Assembly: GCA_048940645.1 (NCBI GenBank)
Contig: JBHLOI010000006.1
Location: forward strand, 47,316 to 111,315
Source: Promethearchaeota archaeon
GTDB lineage: Archaea; Asgardarchaeota; Lokiarchaeia; Sigyniarchaeales; SOKP01
DNA: 64,000 bases
Direction: 5' to 3'
Within the stretch, counting starts at the first letter, position 1. Each line of letters starts with the position of its first letter. This document shows, piece after piece, positions 47,790 through 57,619 of this stretch. The notes under the pieces are model-generated. The model was not told where the DNA came from and did no database searches. It was given only the letters and a program-made list of their open reading frames with translations. Both the position numbers and the translations under genes were made by a program.

Positions 47790-47848
47790 ACTTTTTATTT
47801 AATTAACAAAGCAAAAAAAATTTACTTAAATATATAAAAATTTTAATT

Positions 47849-49090
47849 ATGAGAATAAACACTAATATTCAAAATAAAAAATATTTACTTCAGAAAGAAA
47901 GTTCTGTTGATTTTTATATATATAATTCAGATAAAGATAAAATTCCATCAAAATCTATGGATGTTTTTTATAATAAAAAGATGGAAATAAATCGTGATAT
48001 CACTAATTCTTCTATTATTACATATAATGAATTATTTAATCCAGAATCTTTAATGATAGTGGATTCTATGGCAGCATCAGGAATCGGGGCCATAAGATTA
48101 CTAAAAGAATGTAAAAATATTAAAAAATTATATATAAATGATTTAAATCCTTTAGCAATAAAGCTTATTAGAAAAAATCTAGAATTAAATAATATAAATT
48201 CTTCTCATATCGAAGTAACTAATGAAGATTCCAATTTATTATGTTTAAAATTAGCCCAACAAATTAAATTAAATTTAAAAAAAATTTCTAAGCGTCCGAA
48301 TGTAATAATAATCGATCCATTTGGTACACCTTCTCATTTTGTAGATTCAGCGTTGAAACTAATTCAAAAAGAAAATGGGTTATTATGCATAACTGCAACT
48401 GATACAGCAGTTCTATTTGGTGTCAGAAAGGAAGCATGTTTTAGAAAATACATGTCCAAACCTCTTCATAATGAATATTGTAAAGAAACTGGGGCAAGAA
48501 TTTTACTTCATTTTATATCAAAAATAGCCAATATAAATAATCTGGGCATAAATCCATTATTGACGTTTTATTCAACTCATTTCATAAAAATTTTTGCCCA
48601 TACTTATAAGAATAAGGATAAGATTCATACAAACTTTTCTAATTATGGATATATCATACATTGTAATAATTGTGGGTACCGTTCTGTATATACGAACAAT
48701 ATTGTAAAAATCCATAATCAATGTCCATCCTGTAAGGAGACTAAGATAACAGAATATGCTGGACCTCTTTGGATTGAAAAAATCCATGATAAAGAATTTA
48801 TTAAACGAGTTCTTTTTCATAATTCAAACTCAAATTATTTTACTAAGAAGAAGGTTAATAAAATTCTAAGCTTGATATCAAATGAAATTGATATGCCTAT
48901 TTCCTACTATAATATACATCTCCTATGTGAAAGGTTGAAATTATCCCAAATACCTAAAATTGATTTAATAATTGAACAAATAAAAAGAATTGGTGGTCAA
49001 GCTTCAAGAACTCATTTTGACTTTTTATCGATAAAAACAGATATTGGAATAAATGAGTTACAAAAAATATTAATTGAAATAGAGAAGTAA
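47849..49090 (+). CDS. trm1: tRNA m2(2)G26 methyltransferase
   Basis: VFYNKKMEINRD, AASGIGAIR, IDPFGTP, LCITATD, CNNC..CPSC zinc site, AGPLW, ASRTHF. Confidence 0.93.
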   Translation: MRINTNIQNKKYLLQKESSVDFYIYNSDKDKIPSKSMDVFYNKKMEINRDITNSSIITYNELFNPESLMIVDSMAASGIGAIRLLKECKNIKKLYINDLNPLAIKLIRKNLELNNINSSHIEVTNEDSNLLCLKLAQQIKLNLKKISKRPNVIIIDPFGTPSHFVDSALKLIQKENGLLCITATDTAVLFGVRKEACFRKYMSKPLHNEYCKETGARILLHFISKIANINNLGINPLLTFYSTHFIKIFAHTYKNKDKIHTNFSNYGYIIHCNNCGYRSVYTNNIVKIHNQCPSCKETKITEYAGPLWIEKIHDKEFIKRVLFHNSNSNYFTKKKVNKILSLISNEIDMPISYYNIHLLCERLKLSQIPKIDLIIEQIKRIGGQASRTHFDFLSIKTDIGINELQKILIEIEK

Positions 49091-49102
49091 GAGTCGTCAA
49101 AT

Positions 49103-49738
49103 GTGTCTAAATATCCAGTAAGCCATAGAAAAGAATCTCATTATAGAAAAGCTAAACAAAAGGGATATAGAGCACGTTCCGCATTTAAACTTATTGAAAT
49201 TCAAAAAAGGTTTAATATCTTCAAAAGAGCTTTTTATATTCTTGACTTAGGAAGTGCCCCTGGCTCTTGGTTACAGGTTACAAAACAATTTGCCATTGAA
49301 AATTTAGAAAAATATAATGATGATCACTACTCTAGAACCTATTATAAAATTATGGGTGTCGATCTTAAAAAGCTAACTCCAATTGAGGATATAGAAATTG
49401 TTAGAATGGATCTCACGAATAAAGAATTAGAAAATCAAATAAATAAATATTTTAATAGAGAAAAGTTAGATCTGATAATTTCTGATGCAAGTATAAATAA
49501 ATCTGGAAACAAATTTAGTGATCAAGCAAGACAAATAAAATTGTGCTATGAAATATTAAAATTAACAAAATTTTTGAAATATAAAGGAAACTTTGTTATT
49601 AAACTCTTTCAAGGAAAAGATTATGAAGAATTTTATAAAGATTTAAAAAAAAAATTTATTAACATTAAAAGTTTTAAACCAAAATCTTCATATAAAAAAA
49701 GCAATGAAATTTATCTTATTGCATTAAAAAAGAAGTAA
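49103..49738 (+). CDS. rlmE: 23S rRNA Um2552 methyltransferase (RlmE/RrmJ/FtsJ)
   Basis: GYRARSAFKL, LDLGSAPGSW, ISDAS, FVIKLFQG, KP.SS...SNEIY. Confidence 0.93.
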   Translation: MSKYPVSHRKESHYRKAKQKGYRARSAFKLIEIQKRFNIFKRAFYILDLGSAPGSWLQVTKQFAIENLEKYNDDHYSRTYYKIMGVDLKKLTPIEDIEIVRMDLTNKELENQINKYFNREKLDLIISDASINKSGNKFSDQARQIKLCYEILKLTKFLKYKGNFVIKLFQGKDYEEFYKDLKKKFINIKSFKPKSSYKKSNEIYLIALKKK

Positions 49739-50350
49739 TTATTCTAAAGTCTCTGATTGAATCTCCTCAAAATTCACTTTATAAATTCTACCTTCTAATA
49801 AGGAGTAAATCCAATCAGTAAGCCAGGGACAAACCTTAGGATTAAATTGATCATTACTGGTTTCACTACACCTATTGATGAATGGACAAATTAAGCATGG
49901 TTGGTATGAAAAAATATCCAAAATAAAATCTTTTTTATTTTCATCAATTTTAATATCTTTTACTTTTAATTCAATCTCCTCAATAGCAGATATGAATTTT
50001 GTCCAAGATGCATCAACTAATTCTCTCCTTAGTTTAATTTTTGATTGTAAAGATAAAATATCTAAAATATCGTCCAATTCATTGCGACTTTTATTCGTAA
50101 TTTCTAGTAGATCTTCAAAATATAAATTTCCTCTTTTATTTATAATGTCAAGAACATTCTTTTCTTCTTTCTTAAGATTCCTAGAGAAATGTTTTTTCCT
50201 TTCTTCTATTCTTTCTATTCTTCTGTCAACCTCAGATTTATCAGAATCTTCAGGACTCTCCAATCTCTCTTTTACTTTACATTTATGACGCGATAAATAT
50301 GCAAAACTATTGCCACAGTAAGGACAAACTTCTTTTTTTTTCTTTGCCAT
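49739..50350 (-). CDS. TFE-beta / RPC34 (C39) homolog: winged helix plus [4Fe-4S] domain, with an extra N-terminal zinc finger
   Basis: C-term PCLICPFINRC...NPKVCPWLTDW; central wHTH; N-term CPYC..LSRHKC. Confidence 0.75.
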   Translation of the reverse strand: MAKKKKEVCPYCGNSFAYLSRHKCKVKERLESPEDSDKSEVDRRIERIEERKKHFSRNLKKEEKNVLDIINKRGNLYFEDLLEITNKSRNELDDILDILSLQSKIKLRRELVDASWTKFISAIEEIELKVKDIKIDENKKDFILDIFSYQPCLICPFINRCSETSNDQFNPKVCPWLTDWIYSLLEGRIYKVNFEEIQSETLE

Positions 50351-50501
50351 GTTTAATATTGATTATTTAATTTAGCAATATACTTTATGTTTATTTCAAA
50401 ATTAATTTTTTGGTTTATTTTTTTAGTATTACTTATTAATGTTTTATTGATTAAATTCTTCATAATAATTAAATTTTTTAAATCAAATTTATAGATAAAA
50501 G

Positions 50502-51302
50502 ATGAATCTTGACATTTCCAAATTTCTTAACAAATCAAATCAATATATTGATGCTAATGCTGTAATTAATGAACAAGGTAAAAATTTAAAACAATCCAAT
50601 TTATTAAGTTCAGGATCAAAAGATTTGAATAGAATATTGAATGGTGGATTTCATTCAGGAAAAAAATATTTAATATTTGGATCAAATAGTACCGGGAAAA
50701 CTCAATTATGTCATCAGTTATGCATTGAAGCATATAAAAAATTTTCTAATTCGATTTATATAGATACAGAAAATACCTTTCGACCAGAGAGAATAAATGA
50801 ACTAGCAGAAACTCAAGGACTTAATTCAGCTAAAGTATTAAAAAGTATTTTAGTTTCAAAGATCATGAGCAATTCGATGTTCCTCTTAAATTTGAAAAAT
50901 ATTAAAAACTTGATAAAAAGTAAAAATTTCAAAGTGATTTTGATAGATTCAATTAATAATCATTATCGCCTTGAACAAGCTAATTCAGATATAAGCTATT
51001 TAAAAGCTAAAACAACTTTTATGAAAATATTGGAATATTTTAATCATATTACTGATAAATATAAGTTAATAACAATAACAACAGCTCAAATTACTCCTAA
51101 TTTTGTTTATAACTCTATTATTAATCACATTCCCGTAGGAATTCAATTTCTTAGCCATTTCTTTTCAGAGTTCATATATTTAAACTTTAAGGAAGAATCA
51201 ATTGGATCTGCCCATTTAGTTAATTCTTTTTCCCTTCCAGAGAAAGAAGCATTATATAAAATAACTTCTGAAGGAATTCAAGATTATAAAATCAGTGATT
51301 AA
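50502..51302 (+). CDS. RadA/Rad51 paralog lacking the N-terminal HhH domain
   Basis: LSSGSKDLNRILNGG, FGSNSTGKTQLCHQL, YIDTENTFRPERI, ILIDSI, SLPEKEA..ITSEGIQD. Confidence 0.85.
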   Translation: MNLDISKFLNKSNQYIDANAVINEQGKNLKQSNLLSSGSKDLNRILNGGFHSGKKYLIFGSNSTGKTQLCHQLCIEAYKKFSNSIYIDTENTFRPERINELAETQGLNSAKVLKSILVSKIMSNSMFLLNLKNIKNLIKSKNFKVILIDSINNHYRLEQANSDISYLKAKTTFMKILEYFNHITDKYKLITITTAQITPNFVYNSIINHIPVGIQFLSHFFSEFIYLNFKEESIGSAHLVNSFSLPEKEALYKITSEGIQDYKISD

Positions 51303-52141
51303 TATTTGTCTAAAACTAATTTCTTAAAATTATTTAATGAAATGTTTAGAAAGCTCTTAGATTTAGTATTAGAATTTACATTATAAATTGGACATTCAAT
51401 CTTATTTTGAATCCATTCTATTAACTTCCTTGCGTAGTTTAATTTCATAATTTTAATTTTCGAACCTTTGAAATTCTCAAGTTTACCAATTTTGCTATAT
51501 TTTCCAATAATTTTGTTAAAATCCATCCCTATTAAAAAAATTTTGTGTTCTGACGATACTAGAGATTTTAAAAAAAATAAAATTCGATCTCCATCAGTAA
51601 AACCACCATGATTAATAATATTTTCAAGGGGTTCTACTTGAGTAGTACATATTAAATTTTCAAATCTAATAATATGTTTTTTAAAATCCTGCAATTTATC
51701 TAGATTATCACCATGAGCATGAAGGACTACAAATTTTGAATAGCAAAATTCCATATCTGTTATTCCATCTAAATCCGTAAATACAGCATCAACGCGTATT
51801 TCATTTTCTCGTAATAATCTGGATGCACCATCAGCAGTAAAATTAACAAAATTATTAAAGACTTCCTTTCCTTTAGTATCAAGAATATAATCTATTGTTT
51901 CTTCTAAAGAAGGACCACAACCATATGCTAAAATTATTTTTTTGCTGTTAATAAGACTATTAAGAGAATCCAGAACTTTTTCAATATTCCATTCTTTAGA
52001 TTTTTTTAATATAATTTCGTGTAAAAAATTTCTTGCTTCAATATCTCTATGGCGATCGAACTTGAAATCTATTACTATTTTAGAATAAAATTTTTTGAAT
52101 TCTTCATAAAAGTTAATCCTATCTTTTAAGAAAGCTATCAT
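51299..52141 (-). CDS. mptE: 6-hydroxymethyl-7,8-dihydropterin pyrophosphokinase (DUF115)
   Basis: GCGPSL, ADGA, TDLDG, VLHAHGDN, TTQ, GGFTDGDR, LIGMDF. Confidence 0.9.
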   Translation of the reverse strand: MIAFLKDRINFYEEFKKFYSKIVIDFKFDRHRDIEARNFLHEIILKKSKEWNIEKVLDSLNSLINSKKIILAYGCGPSLEETIDYILDTKGKEVFNNFVNFTADGASRLLRENEIRVDAVFTDLDGITDMEFCYSKFVVLHAHGDNLDKLQDFKKHIIRFENLICTTQVEPLENIINHGGFTDGDRILFFLKSLVSSEHKIFLIGMDFNKIIGKYSKIGKLENFKGSKIKIMKLNYARKLIEWIQNKIECPIYNVNSNTKSKSFLNISLNNFKKLVLDKY

Positions 52142-52272
52142 TTTAATGAATTCAAATTTAACAGTATACCTAATAAAAAAATTTTATATTTTTGATATAA
52201 TTAATTTTATCATACAATTAAATTCAATATAATTATAATTCATAAAATTATTAACAAGGAGTTTGATATTGT

Positions 52273-52674
52273 ATGACATTTTGGTTTACTAAAACCCATC
52301 AATGGTTTAATGATGAAACTGGAGAGGTTGGAATTACTCCCTTTGCTGCTGAACAATTAGGTGAAATTTCTTTTGTAGATGTTGAAGCTCTTGAAGGAGC
52401 TACCATAAATCAAGTTAAAATGGATGGGGATGAGCCAAGTAGCGATCCATTAGATTGTACAGTTGAATCAAGTAAAGCTGTTGGGGATATCTATAGCCCA
52501 GTTTCAGGTACAGTTACTGAAGTTAATGTTGATTTAATGGATGAACCTGAAAACATCAATGAAGATGCTCTCTCTGCATGGTTATTTAAGGTTAAGCCTT
52601 CAAATTGGGATGCAGAGAAAGGAAATTTATTAGATGAAGCCGCTTATAAGGCTTTCATTGACACACTAAAATAA
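52273..52674 (+). CDS. gcvH: Glycine cleavage H-like lipoyl carrier protein
   Basis: FTKTHQW, VGITPFAAEQLGEI.FV, VESSKAVGDIYSPVSG (lipoyl Lys), PENINED, WLFK. Confidence 0.92.
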   Translation: MTFWFTKTHQWFNDETGEVGITPFAAEQLGEISFVDVEALEGATINQVKMDGDEPSSDPLDCTVESSKAVGDIYSPVSGTVTEVNVDLMDEPENINEDALSAWLFKVKPSNWDAEKGNLLDEAAYKAFIDTLK

Positions 52675-52799
52675 ATTATTTTTGATTTAATATACCTAAT
52701 TTATTCTTTTTTTTTTGATTTTATTTAAATAGCTTAAGATTTAAATCAAGATCTTCTATTTATCACAAAAACAAATTAATAAGTTTTATCTTTAAAAAA

Positions 52800-53312
52800 T
52801 TAAACATTAAACAACCTTTCACCAAGCTTTATTGTTATTATTGCTTGTAATGCAACAAAAGCAGTAATAACTAAAATCATTCCTATAACTAAAATTTTTA
52901 CTGCCGTTTTCTTATTATATACATATTTAGATGCTTGATATACTAATAAAAATCCTATAGAACAAAGAAAAATGAAAATTGAAGCTACTATACTCTCAAT
53001 TATAAAAGCTTCGTTAAGATCAGGATATAATAGAACAGCATTACCCTGATTATCTGCTCCTATTGCTACAGGTTCTCTATAAATAATATATACTATTCCC
53101 ATCTGAAGTAAGAATAAAATAATATAAATTCCTATAACCACTAAAGACTTACCTGGTAAAGGCATATCCATTTTAGGAAGTTTTATCTGCGGGTAGGCTA
53201 TTTTAGGTTTCCGTAATGAATTTCCAAATATCCATGGAGTCCTACTCTTCATTTTTTCAAAAACTGTTTCTGAACCACTGATTTCTTCTTTAGCAGTTTT
53301 TCGTTTTTCCAT
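52800..53312 (-). CDS. OST3/OST6-family membrane subunit, OSTC/DC2-like (3 TM, no thioredoxin domain)
   Basis: GIVYIIYREPVAIG...LNEAFIIESIVASIFIFLCSIGFL...IKLG pattern of OST3/6-DC2 TM region. Confidence 0.72.
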   Translation of the reverse strand: MEKRKTAKEEISGSETVFEKMKSRTPWIFGNSLRKPKIAYPQIKLPKMDMPLPGKSLVVIGIYIILFLLQMGIVYIIYREPVAIGADNQGNAVLLYPDLNEAFIIESIVASIFIFLCSIGFLLVYQASKYVYNKKTAVKILVIGMILVITAFVALQAIITIKLGERLFNV

Positions 53313-53381
53313 GGTTATTAAAATTAATTAATCTTCTTTAAATTAAAAACTTTTTAATTATTCATCTTCTTTTCAGAATAT

Positions 53382-54893
53382 CTATACTAATTTCTTTAAT
53401 AATGCTATCAAGAAATTCCAAATTTTTTCAACACTATTTATTTTTAATCGCTCATCTGGTGAATGAACATCAATTATATCTGGTCCGATAGAAATTATCT
53501 CCATATTTGAATAATGATGAATAAAATAGGCACATTCTAAGCCTGCATGAATAGCTTGAATTATAACATCATCATCGAATAACTCTTTATATATTTTTTT
53601 AGAAAGTATTGAAATTTTTGAATTGAAATTTGGAGGCCAACTTGGATATTCATATTTGATATGTACATTTAAATCCAAACCAGATATTTCAAATAAAGTT
53701 AAAAATTTTTCATATATTACGTCTAAATCATATTGAGTTAAACTTCTTTGGCTTATTACAAAATTTATAGAATTTTTTTCAGTTCTTATTGAAGCAAAGT
53801 TAGTCGAAGTATGTACCAATTTTTTAGTTATAGGATGCATCGAAATGGGGCCGTTTGGCATTGAAAATAATAAATCTATTAATTTATTCTGTAATTCTTT
53901 AGAACTCATTGAAGATTCATTATAATTTTCTAATTTATGAATTGAAATTTCCATATTTGATTCAATTCCATTATATAGCAGCTTAATGTTCTGAGAATTG
54001 TTATTAATAAGACTAATTATCTCAGAAAGCTCATTCTCTTCAATAAAAAATATAACTTCTGCTTCTCTTGGAATAGCGTTATCTAAATTACCCCCGTTTA
54101 AGGAATGTATATAAATTTTATATTTCTTTTTTAATTTCCATAAAATTTGAAAAATTATTTTTAGCGCATTCGCTCTACCTTTATTAATATCTCCCCCAGA
54201 ATGGCCACCAACTAGCCCTATAACTGAAAGTTTCATTGGGATTAGTCTTTTTTCATAATCTAGTGATTTTCTTCCGTCTTTTACAATTACTTCAAAAACT
54301 CTTCCTCCTGCAGCACCAATAGTGAATCTCTTTTCTTCTTCTGAATCAAGATTTATCATATAGGAGCCACTTATCATATTTTTATCAATTTGACTTGCAC
54401 CAGTTAAACCCCTCTCTTCATCTACAGTAAATAAAAGATCTAATGAAATTGAGCCTAAATCTAACTCTCCTTTATAGATTTTTTTCATAATTGCTAGTTG
54501 GTAAGCCATCCCAACAGCATTATCAGCTCCTAAAGTAGTACCATTTGCGGTTATCCACTTTTCATTATTAATTTCAATTAATTTCAAATCTAGTGGATCT
54601 TTCGAAAAGTCGTGTTTAACATCATCATTCTTTTCGCAAACCATATCCATGTGGCTTTGCAAAATGACTCCTGAACTATTAGTTCTTTCTTTTGAAGGAA
54701 TTTTAATTACTATATTGTTAATTCGATCTGTTTTGGTTTGGAAACCAAATTTTTCTGCTTCTTTTTGAATAAAAATTCTCATTTGATCCTCGTATCCAGA
54801 GCATCGAGGAATTTTTGATATTTCGAAAAAATATTCCCAAAATTCTAAAGGTTTACCCAATTCTTTTAAATCTTCCATCATAATCGCTTTCAA
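53382..54893 (-). CDS. pepD: Aminoacyl-histidine dipeptidase (M20C)
   Basis: LQSHMDMVCEK, GTTLGADN, TVDEERG, INLDSE, GGHSG, IHAGLEC, VHSPDE. Confidence 0.93.
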   Translation of the reverse strand: MKAIMMEDLKELGKPLEFWEYFFEISKIPRCSGYEDQMRIFIQKEAEKFGFQTKTDRINNIVIKIPSKERTNSSGVILQSHMDMVCEKNDDVKHDFSKDPLDLKLIEINNEKWITANGTTLGADNAVGMAYQLAIMKKIYKGELDLGSISLDLLFTVDEERGLTGASQIDKNMISGSYMINLDSEEEKRFTIGAAGGRVFEVIVKDGRKSLDYEKRLIPMKLSVIGLVGGHSGGDINKGRANALKIIFQILWKLKKKYKIYIHSLNGGNLDNAIPREAEVIFFIEENELSEIISLINNNSQNIKLLYNGIESNMEISIHKLENYNESSMSSKELQNKLIDLLFSMPNGPISMHPITKKLVHTSTNFASIRTEKNSINFVISQRSLTQYDLDVIYEKFLTLFEISGLDLNVHIKYEYPSWPPNFNSKISILSKKIYKELFDDDVIIQAIHAGLECAYFIHHYSNMEIISIGPDIIDVHSPDERLKINSVEKIWNFLIALLKKLV

Positions 54894-54976
54894 TGAAAAT
54901 ATAAATATGCATTATTTTTTATTACTTATAAAAATAATATTAATTTTCTTATAATCTTAACGTGAGAGATTTTTAA

Positions 54977-56083
54977 ATGAGTAGCTGGAAAGATTTATAT
55001 TCTGAAGTCAAGCAACGTAAAATGGAAGCCCTCAATAAAAAGGATGTTGTGAAAGCAGTTGAAGAACATGGTAAAATTTTAGCTGTTGAAGGACGATATG
55101 AGAAACCAAAAAAGATTATTGAACACATGTATGCTGCAGCACATGAGACAATAAAACCAAAACAAATCATGAAATATAACCTTAAAGATTATGACGTTGT
55201 GTTGATTGGATGCCCAGGTGATGGAGTACCACATTCAGCTTATCCAAAAATTAAAGAATACGTGTCAACTCATGGGGGTTGGTTAATTACGACAGATTGG
55301 GCAATTAAAACCCTGGTCGAAGTAATTTTCCCAGGATATGTTCGCTGGAATGGAAAAAAGACTGCAGATGCCGTTGTTGCTTGTCAAATAATGGAACCAA
55401 ATCATCCATTTTTAGATGGTGTTTTAACTGAAATCCAACAGAGTAAATGGCAAAAAGGTGCCTCAAAAAATACCAAAAAAACGGAATTTCGATGGTGGTT
55501 GGAGACTAAAAGTTTTCCTATAACTATATTGAATCCAACAGTTCATGTTTTAATATCATCGCAAGATATTCTTCGAAAGTGGGGAGAATCTCCTGTTTTT
55601 TTATATTTTGATTATGGTAAAGCTGGTGGAAGGGTAATTCATATGATCTCCCATACTCATTTACAAAAAGGAGGTCCTAAAGGAAAATATGCATCAGCAC
55701 TTATATTAACTAACATTTTAGATGAAAAAGTCTCTCAAAAGACAGGAATTTCAAAATCACCTACGACAGGGTATGTATCTAATTGGGAACAAACGCAACA
55801 ACCTCAACAGCAATATACAACACCTAATCAACAAAAAGACTTTTTGATTCCTTCGGACGCGGTAAGCGGATTAACAGGAACTGCACAAATCACAGAAGCA
55901 AATGTAAATAGCAATGATTTTTCATTTGCTAGTACATGTGGTTATTGTGGATATGACTTTGGGGAATACACAGGCAAAATTTATATGTGTAATGCCTGTA
56001 AAACGCTATATCATGAAACATGTCTAAATATGCAGATAAATGAAGGTACATGTAAAAATTGTAATAAAATTTTATTATGGTAA
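54977..56083 (+). CDS. Class I GATase-like fold protein with Q-rich linker and C-terminal C4HC3 RING/PHD-like finger
   Basis: DYDVVLIGCPG, GGWLITTDWA; CGYC-x13-CNAC-x4-H-x2-C-x9-CKNC at the C-terminus. Confidence 0.65.
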   Translation: MSSWKDLYSEVKQRKMEALNKKDVVKAVEEHGKILAVEGRYEKPKKIIEHMYAAAHETIKPKQIMKYNLKDYDVVLIGCPGDGVPHSAYPKIKEYVSTHGGWLITTDWAIKTLVEVIFPGYVRWNGKKTADAVVACQIMEPNHPFLDGVLTEIQQSKWQKGASKNTKKTEFRWWLETKSFPITILNPTVHVLISSQDILRKWGESPVFLYFDYGKAGGRVIHMISHTHLQKGGPKGKYASALILTNILDEKVSQKTGISKSPTTGYVSNWEQTQQPQQQYTTPNQQKDFLIPSDAVSGLTGTAQITEANVNSNDFSFASTCGYCGYDFGEYTGKIYMCNACKTLYHETCLNMQINEGTCKNCNKILLW

Positions 56084-56194
56084 TCTTATCTTCAAAATAA
56101 TTATACTATCAATTCTATTCCTTTAGAAAAAAGAATTTAATATATTGCAAATTTTCCTTTTTATACGAATTATATTACCAGATGAAATCAATTT

Positions 56195-57478
56195 TTGATA
56201 AATTTACAAAAAATTTTCGAGGATATAGAAAATTTACAAGAAGAAAGAATTATGGATATTATGAAGAAAGTCATTAAAATAGATACTTCAGTTCCTCCTG
56301 GCAATACCTATCGTAAATATGTCGACACTATCTCACCATATTTTATTGAATTGGATTTCACATTAGAGGAAATTATTATTCCAGAAAAGTTAATCCAACA
56401 AATTCCATACCCCCTAGAAGGACCTCGAATCAATCTCGTTGCAACAAAAGATTATAATCAAGATAAATGGATTACTTTTTATGGTCACATGGATGTGGTA
56501 CCAGCATTAACAGAGGGGCAAAAGAAATGGCGTTTTCCGCCATTTGAAGCAACATTAGTAAAAAGTGGAAAGATTTATGGTAGAGGCACAGCAGACATGA
56601 AAGGTGATATGGTATGCCTAATATTGGCTCTTCAGATTATAGATAAATTAAATCTTAAGCCAAAATTTAATGTTCAAGTATTAAATTGTACAGATGAGGA
56701 AGTGGGGGTTTATCCAGGAATTCGTTATCTTGCAGAACAAGGATATATAAAGGGAACCATTTTTTGTATGGATGGAATGATTACTCCCTTAATTCCCGTA
56801 GGAACTGGTGGGGATTTGAATGTACTAATTGAGATCATTGGAAAGAGTTGTCACTCAGGCTACAACTTTTTAGGAATAAATGCTATAGAAGAGTCACTAC
56901 CCATTTTAAATGAATTAATGACTCTCAAGAGAAAAGTTGAAAAACGAAGAAGTGCCGACATTCCTGGAGATCCTCGAGATAAAATTGGAGAAAAATTAAG
57001 ACCGATGTTTAGTCTAGTAATTATAGAATCAGGTAAAAAAGAGAACATAATCCCGGGATACTGTAAATTAATTATTAATAGAAGAATTATACCAGATGAG
57101 AAATTTGAAGATGTTAAGCAAGAAATCCTAGAATCAATTAATACAGGAAAACAGAAAAGTAAGGCATTAGATGTTAAAGTCTCTTTTAGATATGATAATC
57201 CTCCTTTAAAAGTAAATCATAGTTTGCCGATTATTAAACGATGGAAAAAAACTATAGCATTAGTGAATAATATTTTTGAAGATAAGATTCAAATTATTGG
57301 AACTTCAGCTTCTACAGATATGGGATTTGTAGCTGACATACTTAATAAGGAAGATGTTATTTTAACTGGTATCGAATCTCCAACATCTAAAGCTCATGCA
57401 GAAAATGAATTTACTAGAATTAGGGACATAAAAACTTTACTAAAAGAAATACTTGTTTTTCTATGTGGTGATTTATAA
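56195..57478 (+). CDS. M20 ArgE/DapE-family metallo-deacylase/peptidase
   Basis: YGHMDVVP, IYGRGTADMKG, TDEEVG, GKSCHSG..GINAI, AHAENE. Confidence 0.9.
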   Translation: MINLQKIFEDIENLQEERIMDIMKKVIKIDTSVPPGNTYRKYVDTISPYFIELDFTLEEIIIPEKLIQQIPYPLEGPRINLVATKDYNQDKWITFYGHMDVVPALTEGQKKWRFPPFEATLVKSGKIYGRGTADMKGDMVCLILALQIIDKLNLKPKFNVQVLNCTDEEVGVYPGIRYLAEQGYIKGTIFCMDGMITPLIPVGTGGDLNVLIEIIGKSCHSGYNFLGINAIEESLPILNELMTLKRKVEKRRSADIPGDPRDKIGEKLRPMFSLVIIESGKKENIIPGYCKLIINRRIIPDEKFEDVKQEILESINTGKQKSKALDVKVSFRYDNPPLKVNHSLPIIKRWKKTIALVNNIFEDKIQIIGTSASTDMGFVADILNKEDVILTGIESPTSKAHAENEFTRIRDIKTLLKEILVFLCGDL

Positions 57479-57556
57479 GATTTTTATATGCCATTAGATA
57501 TTCTAGAATAATATCCTCATATTCTTCTAGATATTTTATAGATACAAATAAATTTA

Positions 57557-57576
57557 CGTGAAAGGGGGGTTTCACG
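57557..57576. promoter_or_regulatory. GC-rich inverted repeat CGTGAAA-GGGGGG-TTTCACG
   Basis: Perfect 7-bp arms in an otherwise AT-rich intergenic region upstream of the SH3 gene. Confidence 0.4.
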
Positions 57577-57619
57577 AACTAATTAAAAAAAAATAATATT
57601 AAATATTATTATATAAATT

